Shown piece after piece: positions 1 to 7,057 of a stretch of DNA of 16,186 bases. The position numbers and the translations under genes are program-made. Positions within the stretch are counted from its first letter, which is position 1. Every line of letters starts with the position of its first letter. Below the pieces are notes generated by a model. That model did no database searches. It worked only from the letters and a program-made list of their open reading frames with translations, and was not told the origin of the DNA. Source of the stretch: Promethearchaeota archaeon (lineage in GTDB: Archaea > Asgardarchaeota > Lokiarchaeia > Sigyniarchaeales > SOKP01); contig JABCSY010000095.1 in NCBI GenBank assembly GCA_018238625.1, positions 1-16,186 of the forward strand, written 5' to 3'.

Positions 1-1
1 A

Positions 2-997
2 GTTCGAACTTTATCTGGTTTAGGAATAAATCCAAACATTTATGGGGTTATTGTGGTTGGTTTAGGTTGTGAGAATATCACCAGTAAATTATTGGCAAGA
101 AAAATTAAAAAATCAAAAAAACCAGTGGAATTCTTTGATGTCCAAGACATTCAAGGAGGAACAACCGCAGCAATAGAAAAGGGCATCAAAATTGGAAAAG
201 AAATGTCAGAAGCTGCAAAAGAATTAAAGCGTGAACCGTTCGACTTTTCTCACTTAGTATTAGGTTTAGAATGTGGGAGTTCTGATTCTATATCGGGAAT
301 ATCTGCAAATCCTTCTTTGGGAATTGTCTCAGATAAAGTCGTAAGATTAGGAGGCACATCTATTCTCCCTGAATTTACAGAATGGATAGGTACAGAACAT
401 TTGCTAATTGAAAGAGCAGTAAATAAAAATGTAGCTGAAAAAATTCATTCCACTTTAAATCGATTTCTAGAAGGAACTAAAAGACTCGGAATAGATTTCC
501 GAGGAATTCAACCAACACCTGGAAATATAAAGGGTGGATTAACTACAATCGAGGAAAAATCATTAGGTACCATCGCCAAAGCAGGAAAGGCACCTATCCA
601 AGGATTATTAGATTATTCGGAGAGCCCAAAAGGAATGGGTTTATGGTTAATGATTGAACCGGGATTAGATATAGAATCAATGACGGGCCTTGCTGCTGCG
701 GGAGCGCAGATAATTGTCATGACAACGGGCAAAGGAAGTCCATGCGGAAATCCTGTAGCTCCAGTAATTAAAATTTGTGGAAATATTAGGAGTTGTGAGT
801 GGATGACAGGTAATATCGATATAAACGCAAGTAAAATTTTTACTGAAAATAAAACAATTGAAGATATTGCAGAAGTTCTATGGGATAAACTAAAATTAAC
901 TTGCAACGGAGAAAAAACTTGTGCTGAAATATTAGGTTTTAATGATTTGGCAATTTTGAGAGCAAATACAATCCTTTCAACAATGTATCAACTATAG
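2..997 (+). CDS. UxaA/GarD/SuyB-family dehydratase/lyase, large (C-terminal) domain; 5'-truncated by the window edge
   Basis: Frame 2 is open from base 2 (VRTLSGLGINPNIYGVIVVGLGCE), matching the family motif NPNxxxVxxxGLGCE, so GTG at 53 is not the true start. Further family motifs: LECGSSD..SG..ANP, GNIKGGLTTIEEKSLG, TTGKGSP.G.P..PVIK. Stop TAG at 995-997. Confidence 0.9.
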   Translation, partial: VRTLSGLGINPNIYGVIVVGLGCENITSKLLARKIKKSKKPVEFFDVQDIQGGTTAAIEKGIKIGKEMSEAAKELKREPFDFSHLVLGLECGSSDSISGISANPSLGIVSDKVVRLGGTSILPEFTEWIGTEHLLIERAVNKNVAEKIHSTLNRFLEGTKRLGIDFRGIQPTPGNIKGGLTTIEEKSLGTIAKAGKAPIQGLLDYSESPKGMGLWLMIEPGLDIESMTGLAAAGAQIIVMTTGKGSPCGNPVAPVIKICGNIRSCEWMTGNIDINASKIFTENKTIEDIAEVLWDKLKLTCNGEKTCAEILGFNDLAILRANTILSTMYQL

Positions 998-1089
998 GTT
1001 TTACATAGAATTAATAATCCTTTTTGAACTTAACATAAAATGCATTTAGATTTTTATAAACTACGATTTTCTAGTCGAAAATAAGTAAG

Positions 1090-1098
1090 TTTTTTTTT
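1090..1098 (+). terminator. T9 tract, candidate archaeal intrinsic terminator for the UxaA-family gene
   Basis: Nine consecutive T about 90 nt after the stop codon and upstream of the next gene's TATA-like box. Confidence 0.35.
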
Positions 1099-1112
1099 GT
1101 ATAGAAAATTTT

Positions 1113-1129
1113 CCAAAAAAGTTTATAAC
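1113..1129 (+). promoter_or_regulatory. BRE/TATA-like promoter element for the winged-helix gene
   Basis: CCAAAAAAG-TTTATAAC: a purine-rich run followed by TTTATAA (1122-1128), about 32 nt before ATG 1160. GGTGA at 1153-1157. Confidence 0.5.
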
Positions 1130-1159
1130 AATTTCTTTTCTTCTGATTATTTGGTGATT

Positions 1160-1768
1160 ATGATAATAACAAATAAACATCTCTCAGAAAAGGAACTTTC
1201 GCAAATTTTTAACTTGTTAAGACATCCATTACGGAGGGGGATTCTTAAACATTTATCTAAAAGTCCACAAGCTTATTCAAAAATTTTGAAAAATCTTAAT
1301 ATTCAGGAAAGTAGTATTTTAAACTATCACTTAAGAGAAATGGACGATTTACTGATTCAAAAAGATGTTAATGGAAAATATATGCTAAATGAAATCGGTG
1401 AAATTTGTTTACAACTTGTACTTAGAGTCAAGGAAAAGGAGGATATTCATAGGTTCAATAAACTTCAGCTAATAGTGGAAAAATTAAAATCAACAATATA
1501 TTTTATTCAAATAGTATTCTTGCCACTCGTAGTTATTTTAGCATTAGAACTCTACTTGTTAAATATTATTGATTTTGGATCTATTCTTGGAATTTTTACT
1601 TCAGGTGCGATTTTTAGTATAGTATTATCAACTGCTGTTTTTAAAGTCAATAAAGAATTTGAGAGCATATCGATAAGTAAATTTGAAAAGAAGGAGAAAT
1701 TTGGGACATTTTCCATGCTATTTACCATTTGGATACTTACTCAAACAATAGTTAGTTTATTATTGTAA
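1160..1768 (+). CDS. ArsR-like winged helix-turn-helix protein with about three C-terminal transmembrane helices
   Basis: N-terminal IFNLLRHPLRRGILKHL...YSKILKNL...SSILNYHLREM...GKYMLNEIG is the archaeal ArsR/wHTH pattern. Hydrophobic segments: IYFIQIVFLPLVVILALELYLL, FGSILGIFTSGAIFSIVLSTAVF, FSMLFTIWILTQTIVSLLL. I prefer ATG 1160 (202 aa) to TTG 1097 because a TATA-like box lies between them. Confidence 0.8.
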   Translation: MIITNKHLSEKELSQIFNLLRHPLRRGILKHLSKSPQAYSKILKNLNIQESSILNYHLREMDDLLIQKDVNGKYMLNEIGEICLQLVLRVKEKEDIHRFNKLQLIVEKLKSTIYFIQIVFLPLVVILALELYLLNIIDFGSILGIFTSGAIFSIVLSTAVFKVNKEFESISISKFEKKEKFGTFSMLFTIWILTQTIVSLLL

Positions 1769-1887
1769 TTAGGTATTCGTCATATTACAATATGGGATTA
1801 TTAAATCAAACCAATTTTATATTACTTTAAATGTTGATATTGAATCACTGAATTTTGCACCCAAACAAAAATAATCCTATTCTAAAA

Positions 1888-3192
1888 TTAAATAAATGGA
1901 TTCTTATCTCTGAATATTTTTTCTTTATATTTTTTTAACGAAGGAGGACAAAGTTCTTTTTCAGTAGCTTCTTTTTTAATTGTTCTCATAATCTCTGCTA
2001 AATCAACTCCCGCAGGACACCAGTTAGTACAATTTTCGCAGCCTGTACATAAAAATAAACCATCTTTAACAGCAGCTTCGATTCCATTATGAATATAATC
2101 TCGGACGATATTTATTGCTCCAATACCGTATTTTGACGCATAGATATTACCAAATGCGCGAGAAGCTGTGCATACATAATCACAACTTTTACATGCGATA
2201 CATTTTAAAATGTCTTTGTAAAATAGATTTTCTTTTGCTGCTTTAATTCTCCAGTCATCTACAAATATTACCACTACTTCATTCGCACCATACATCCCAA
2301 ATACGCGCTTTCCTTGAATATCAGAAGTATTTGACGCTGCGGATATAAAACTAATGTACGCGCCATCTACATTATTTATTCTCTCATGTATTTTAGCTAC
2401 AATTAGAGCGTCAAAAACATTTGGAACGATTTTTTGTATTCCTACTACAACGATGTGTTTCTCAGTCGCCCTAGTTAAAAGACTAATATTTCCTTCGTTC
2501 TCAATTAGAACGATAGACCCATCATTTGCAGCAATTACATTAGCTGATGTAAGAGAAACCTTAACATCGTTAAGTAATTCGGGACGATAATTCTTCCGGT
2601 AATAGGCTACTATTGCTTCTGCTTTCGCTTCTACATCTATTCCATATTTTTCCTTCATTTTTGCGACGATTTCTTTTTCAGTAAATTGAACTCCAGGAGC
2701 TAAAGTGAAACTTGGATATTTGTAATCAAATAGTTGACATAGAACGTCGCCTAAATCAGTTTCTTTAATTTCTATGTTATTTTTCTTTAAAACATCAACT
2801 ATTCCTATATCCTTTGCCTCCAAAGATTTTGATTTGTATAAAACTTTATTGTCTCCTAACTCTTCCATAAAGATTTTTTGGGCTTCTTCGTTTGTTTTGG
2901 CGTAATAAACCTTAAATTTGTTAGTCTTACGCATCACCTCTATGCATTTTTTTACGTGTTCCTCGATATTTTCAACGAAATCTTCTCGTATTTTAATAAG
3001 ATGTTCTTTGTGTTCTTCAACAAATTCCCTACTAGTATCTTCGTAAAGATATCGCAAATCGAAGGAACGATACTTACCTAAGCTTGCTAACTTCCAAATA
3101 TCTCCAAACTTGCTGTAGACTGAATCTTTATCGTTTAATAGTTCTATCTTTTCTTTCACTTTTTCATATAGCTCTTTTCCTTTTTCGCTCAT
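1888..3192 (-). CDS. LUD-domain + 2x[4Fe-4S] protein (LutB/LldF-like, divergent)
   Basis: Motifs KSKS, ETDLGD, SAN..AA.DG.IV..ENEGN, HIVVVG..KIVP and ferredoxin clusters CIACKSCDYVC and CTGCENCTNWCP. GGAGG RBS on the minus strand at 3203-3207. ATGA 4-nt overlap with the upstream gene. Confidence 0.88.
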   Translation of the reverse strand: MSEKGKELYEKVKEKIELLNDKDSVYSKFGDIWKLASLGKYRSFDLRYLYEDTSREFVEEHKEHLIKIREDFVENIEEHVKKCIEVMRKTNKFKVYYAKTNEEAQKIFMEELGDNKVLYKSKSLEAKDIGIVDVLKKNNIEIKETDLGDVLCQLFDYKYPSFTLAPGVQFTEKEIVAKMKEKYGIDVEAKAEAIVAYYRKNYRPELLNDVKVSLTSANVIAANDGSIVLIENEGNISLLTRATEKHIVVVGIQKIVPNVFDALIVAKIHERINNVDGAYISFISAASNTSDIQGKRVFGMYGANEVVVIFVDDWRIKAAKENLFYKDILKCIACKSCDYVCTASRAFGNIYASKYGIGAINIVRDYIHNGIEAAVKDGLFLCTGCENCTNWCPAGVDLAEIMRTIKKEATEKELCPPSLKKYKEKIFRDKNPFI

Positions 3193-3926
3193 ATCAAGGG
3201 GTCCTCCTGATTCATTATTTTGATTATAAAATCCTCAAATTTAATTACAGGTTTCCTAATATTATTTTCTTTTCGTATTCTTTGTAATGCGGTATAACAA
3301 AATGGACAGGCTGTTAACAAAGCTTTTCCTTTCCTCATTTGATCGAAAATCGATTTAGCGTTATAATCGCTATTTTCTTTAAAAATGGCATAGACACCTC
3401 CGCCAGCCCCACAACAAATACTATTAATTTTTGCATTTTCCATTTCAAATATTTCTATATTATCGATCGAGTTGATAATTGTTCTTGGTTCTTCGATGAT
3501 TGGTGGAATTGCATTTCGTAGATGACAAGCATCGTGATAATTGACAATTAATTTTTTTCCAGAATACTTTAAATTCAACTTCTTTAAATTTTCAGGTGTA
3601 GCCATAAATTGTAAAAGGTGTTTAACTTCGACTTTGAAATCAGAGCCTAAATATTGTTTATAATATCGAGTTAGGTAATTATAACAACCTGCGCAAATCG
3701 TAACAATTTTAGAAACATCATTTGATTTAAACCAATTATTCACAAATTCCACATGTTTCTTTAATTCTTCGTCGTTGGAAATGTGATAAGATAACGCGCC
3801 GCAACAAGGGACATCACCAAGGACTTCGTATTCCTCGTCAAGGAATTTAATGATCTTTATCCCATTTTCGCAAGTTTCTTTATATTTTGAGCTCGATAAA
3901 CACCCTAAATAAATTAATTTTCTCAT
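3189..3926 (-). CDS. Two-CCG-domain Fe-S protein (LutA/LldE, GlcF, HdrB/D-like)
   Basis: Two complete CCG motifs: YLGC...PCCG...TICAGC and YHDACHL...ICCGAGGG...TACPFC. Confidence 0.9.
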   Translation of the reverse strand: MRKLIYLGCLSSSKYKETCENGIKIIKFLDEEYEVLGDVPCCGALSYHISNDEELKKHVEFVNNWFKSNDVSKIVTICAGCYNYLTRYYKQYLGSDFKVEVKHLLQFMATPENLKKLNLKYSGKKLIVNYHDACHLRNAIPPIIEEPRTIINSIDNIEIFEMENAKINSICCGAGGGVYAIFKENSDYNAKSIFDQMRKGKALLTACPFCYTALQRIRKENNIRKPVIKFEDFIIKIMNQEDPLI

Positions 3927-3965
3927 GATTTAATTAACTTTTTAGTTTAAATTAAGATTTGATGT

Positions 3966-4047
3966 TATTTTATTTAAGAATAATTGCAGAAAGACTTAAA
4001 ATAAATTAAATTGAAATTTATAACGATAAAAATATTTAAATAAAATA
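3966..4047. promoter_or_regulatory. Divergent promoter region with mirrored TATA-like 12-mers
   Basis: TATTTTATTTAA (3966-3977) is the exact reverse complement of TTAAATAAAATA (4036-4047). Each copy ends 35-40 nt from its start codon (3926 on minus, 4083 on plus). Confidence 0.5.
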
Positions 4048-4082
4048 TCAGATAAAAACTGAGTTGTTCAAAAATTCCAAAA

Positions 4083-4352
4083 TTGTTAGAGAACAAAGAG
4101 AAGAGTTTTTCATTATTTCTAAATAAAAATAGGTGCGGCGGTTGTCAAGTCTGTGTTTACGTGTGCCCAACAGGCATTTTAGAGATGGGAGACGAATTAA
4201 ACATGAGAATTGCATATATTCCACGAGTTAAAGAGGGAAAAGCAAAATATTGTACAGCGTGTAAGCGATGCGAATATGGATGTCCAGATTGGTGTTTATA
4301 CATTGTAGATAGCTCAAAAAACAATACTATTACCGACAAAGCTAAAGCATAA
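4083..4352 (+). CDS. korD: 2x[4Fe-4S] ferredoxin, delta subunit of 2-oxoacid:ferredoxin oxidoreductase
   Basis: CGGCQVCVYVCP and CTACKRCEYGCP(D) motifs, directly upstream of the alpha subunit. The TTG start is tentative. Confidence 0.88.
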   Translation: MLENKEKSFSLFLNKNRCGGCQVCVYVCPTGILEMGDELNMRIAYIPRVKEGKAKYCTACKRCEYGCPDWCLYIVDSSKNNTITDKAKA

Positions 4353-4366
4353 AAAGGTGAAAAAAA

Positions 4367-5536
4367 ATGGTTATAGAAAATAACAAAAGATTCTTACCAG
4401 AAGGTAAGCATTTGATGATGGGAAATATAGCGATGTCCGAAGGCGCTATAGCTGCTGGTTTGAGGTTTTTTGGTGGCTACCCTATCACGCCAAGTACCGA
4501 GGTTATTGAACACCTTTCTGTTAGGTTACCAGAAATTGGAGGTGTTTGTATGCAAATGGAGGACGAAATAGCATCTATTAATTCTGTAATCGGAGCTTCT
4601 TTAGTCGGCGCTAAGGCTATGACAGCAACTTCTGGTCCTGGTCTTTCTTTAATGACCGAAACTATCTCAATGGCAGCAAATTTAGAAATCCCGTTTGTTT
4701 TTTGTGATGTACAGCGTAATGGTCCTGGGACGGGATATGTAACAGAACCGCATCATAATGACATAGGGTTAATGCGTTTTGCGGGAAATGGTGAATTTCA
4801 AGTTATAACATTAGCACCAATGAGTTGTCAAGAATTATATGATTTAACAATTACGGCATTTAACTTTGCTGAGACATACCGTTGCCCAGTGTTTATTATG
4901 TCAGACGCCTATTTAGGACACCTTCACGAAGTAGTTAATATACCAAAGCAAGAAGATGTGTTAAAGAGAGTAATTGACCGTGAATTACCGGATGATTTTA
5001 CCAAAAAATTTTCTTATAAAGACGAGAACCTCGGGAAATATGTTATCCCTAAACCACCGATTATTGGTACTGATTATTGTCCAGGAATGTTCCTCTCTCA
5101 ACCCCATAATTACGAAGGATTACCGACACCCAAACCACTTAAATTTATAGAGATGATGATCGATAAAATAACTAGCAATATAGATAAAATTTCGCTAACA
5201 AGCACTTATAAATTGGACGATGCCGAAATAGTTATAATTGCTTATGGTCTACCTGTTAGAACCAGTTATCGTGCGGTTGATTTAGCACGGAAAGAAGGAA
5301 TAAAGGTTGGAATTCTCAGACTTATAACAATCTGGCCTTTTCCAGACGGAAAAGTTAAAGAAACCGTTAAGGATGCTAAAGCGGTTATAGTTCCTGAGTT
5401 AAATTACACGGGAGTTATAGCAGAACAAGTCGAACGGGTAACCAAGCTTAATACACCAGTTATTAGACTTCCAAATGCTTGTGAAATTCATCATCCACAC
5501 GACATTTTAAAGGTTATTAAGGAGGTGGCTAATTAA
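4367..5536 (+). CDS. korA: 2-oxoacid:ferredoxin oxidoreductase alpha subunit (KorA/OorA-type)
   Basis: GN.A..EGA..AG, GYPITP, QMEDE, ATSGPG, DVQR.GP.TG and C-terminal GILRL.TIWPFP...VPELN. RBS GGTGA at 4356-4360. The symbol denotes the family; the substrate is uncertain. Confidence 0.93.
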   Translation: MVIENNKRFLPEGKHLMMGNIAMSEGAIAAGLRFFGGYPITPSTEVIEHLSVRLPEIGGVCMQMEDEIASINSVIGASLVGAKAMTATSGPGLSLMTETISMAANLEIPFVFCDVQRNGPGTGYVTEPHHNDIGLMRFAGNGEFQVITLAPMSCQELYDLTITAFNFAETYRCPVFIMSDAYLGHLHEVVNIPKQEDVLKRVIDRELPDDFTKKFSYKDENLGKYVIPKPPIIGTDYCPGMFLSQPHNYEGLPTPKPLKFIEMMIDKITSNIDKISLTSTYKLDDAEIVIIAYGLPVRTSYRAVDLARKEGIKVGILRLITIWPFPDGKVKETVKDAKAVIVPELNYTGVIAEQVERVTKLNTPVIRLPNACEIHHPHDILKVIKEVAN

Positions 5537-6453
5537 TGTCGGGAATAGGACCATTGTTTCCAAACGAGAAACCAGAGAGCCCTTACGTATTAGTCTCTTA
5601 CGCGGGCCATATGTTGGGTAATTATTCGTCTAGGTTTTGTGCTGGGTGCGGTTATGGGATCATAGGGCATATTTTTACCCGAATATTTGAAGATGACAAA
5701 CTAGATCCAAAATTATACCCGTTAGTTCTCGGTATTGGATGCTATAGTCAGATGTTATTACTAGTACATCATGCTACCCAAAAAGTTTTATCGCTTCACG
5801 GTCGTGCACCCTCAGTAGCAACTGGCATGAAAATGGCCAACCCTCAAATGAAACCTATAATATTTACTGGAGATGGCGATTGTTTAGGAATTGGGGGGAA
5901 TCATTTTATCCATACTTGTCGCCGAAATATAGATTGTGTTATATTAATATTTAATAATAGTATTTACGCCATGACAGGTGGCCAAGGTGCACCAACGACC
6001 TTATACGGTGCTAATAGCACGACAACGCCATACAAAATGTTTGAAAATAGAAGCGATGGAGTGAAACTTGCTCTTGCAGCTGGTGCAACTTATGTGGCAC
6101 GAACTACCGTTGCCCATCCTCGGACTTTCATGAAATATTTCAGAAAAGCCTTAAAACATAAAGGCACTTCAGTAATTGAGCTAATTACGCCTTGTGTTAC
6201 CTATTTTGGTAGAAAAAATTTGAGTAGTTTAGGAGCTGAAAATTTAGGAGAAAAAGGAGAAAAAATGGATACAGCGGGTAAGATGATAGAATGGATTAAG
6301 CGAAATAGCGTAAGAAAAAACCAAGCGAAATTCATGAGTGAAGAAGAATTGTTTAATAAATATATTATTGGAGAATTTAGATACGAGCCAGACAAACCGG
6401 AGTACTCAGAAGAATACGCGAAAATACAAAAAATCGCAAGAGGAGGCACATAA
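5536..6453 (+). CDS. korB: 2-oxoacid:ferredoxin oxidoreductase beta subunit (TPP- and [4Fe-4S]-binding)
   Basis: FCAGCG, GIGC, LHGRA, the TPP motif GDGD...GGNHFIH...NN..YAMTGGQ.APTT, and TPCVTY. TAATG 1-nt overlap with the alpha gene; RBS GGAGGTG at 5521-5527. Confidence 0.93.
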   Translation: MSGIGPLFPNEKPESPYVLVSYAGHMLGNYSSRFCAGCGYGIIGHIFTRIFEDDKLDPKLYPLVLGIGCYSQMLLLVHHATQKVLSLHGRAPSVATGMKMANPQMKPIIFTGDGDCLGIGGNHFIHTCRRNIDCVILIFNNSIYAMTGGQGAPTTLYGANSTTTPYKMFENRSDGVKLALAAGATYVARTTVAHPRTFMKYFRKALKHKGTSVIELITPCVTYFGRKNLSSLGAENLGEKGEKMDTAGKMIEWIKRNSVRKNQAKFMSEEELFNKYIIGEFRYEPDKPEYSEEYAKIQKIARGGT

Positions 6454-6456
6454 ACA

Positions 6457-7056
6457 ATGTCTCGATACGAAATTCGAGTAAGTGGGTTTGGCGGTCAAGG
6501 AGTTATCACTCTCAGCAAAATGATAATTATGGCAAGTTCAATCTACGAAGGCCTCGCTGCTACGCAAACAGAAGCTTATTCTGCCGCTGCGCGGGGAGGA
6601 AAATGTTGGGCGGAGGTTGTCGTTGATTTAGATAAAAGTATTGAATATATTGATTACCCGAAAGCTTTAAAGCCGTACGATTTTTTAATAGTTTTATCTC
6701 AAGAATCTGCTAACGACATAAAAGCTAATTTTGTTAAATCTGATGAAAATACGGGGTTTTTAATTTGGGATCCCTCCACGATTAACAAATTTAGAGGGGC
6801 GAAAAAAATTAGTAAAGCCTTGAGCATCCCCGTTCAGAAATTAGCTGTTGAAAAATTTGGTAATATAGTGTTTGGAAATACAATTTTGTTTGCTGTTTTT
6901 ACTATACTTGCAGGGATATTTTCTGAAGAATCTGCGTTAGAAACGATTAAAAAGTTTGTGCCAAGTTCTACATTAGACACAAATATAGAAGCGTTTGAGC
7001 TAGGAAAACAAGAAGCAAAAAAATTTCTTCAAAAATTAAAGGAGGAAGGTAGTTAA
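6457..7056 (+). CDS. korC: 2-oxoacid:ferredoxin oxidoreductase gamma subunit
   Basis: EIRVSGFGGQGV, QT.AYS.AARGG and N..AFELG motifs. RBS GGAGG at 6442-6446. Confidence 0.92.
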   Translation: MSRYEIRVSGFGGQGVITLSKMIIMASSIYEGLAATQTEAYSAAARGGKCWAEVVVDLDKSIEYIDYPKALKPYDFLIVLSQESANDIKANFVKSDENTGFLIWDPSTINKFRGAKKISKALSIPVQKLAVEKFGNIVFGNTILFAVFTILAGIFSEESALETIKKFVPSSTLDTNIEAFELGKQEAKKFLQKLKEEGS

Positions 7057-7057
7057 A

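Noticed and set aside
53-997. GTG at 53 as the start of the UxaA-family gene
   Set aside because: The frame is open to the window edge and the upstream residues (RTLSGLGINPNI) are conserved family sequence, so the gene starts outside the window.
1097-1159. TTG-initiated 21-aa N-terminal extension of the wHTH protein
   Set aside because: It overlaps a T-tract and a BRE/TATA-like element. ATG 1160 gives a normal wHTH N-terminus.
3189-3191. TGA as selenocysteine read-through joining the CCG protein to the LutB-like protein
   Set aside because: This is an ordinary ATGA start/stop overlap, the genes are in different frames, the downstream gene has its own GGAGG, all Cys motifs are complete, and I saw no SECIS-like hairpin.
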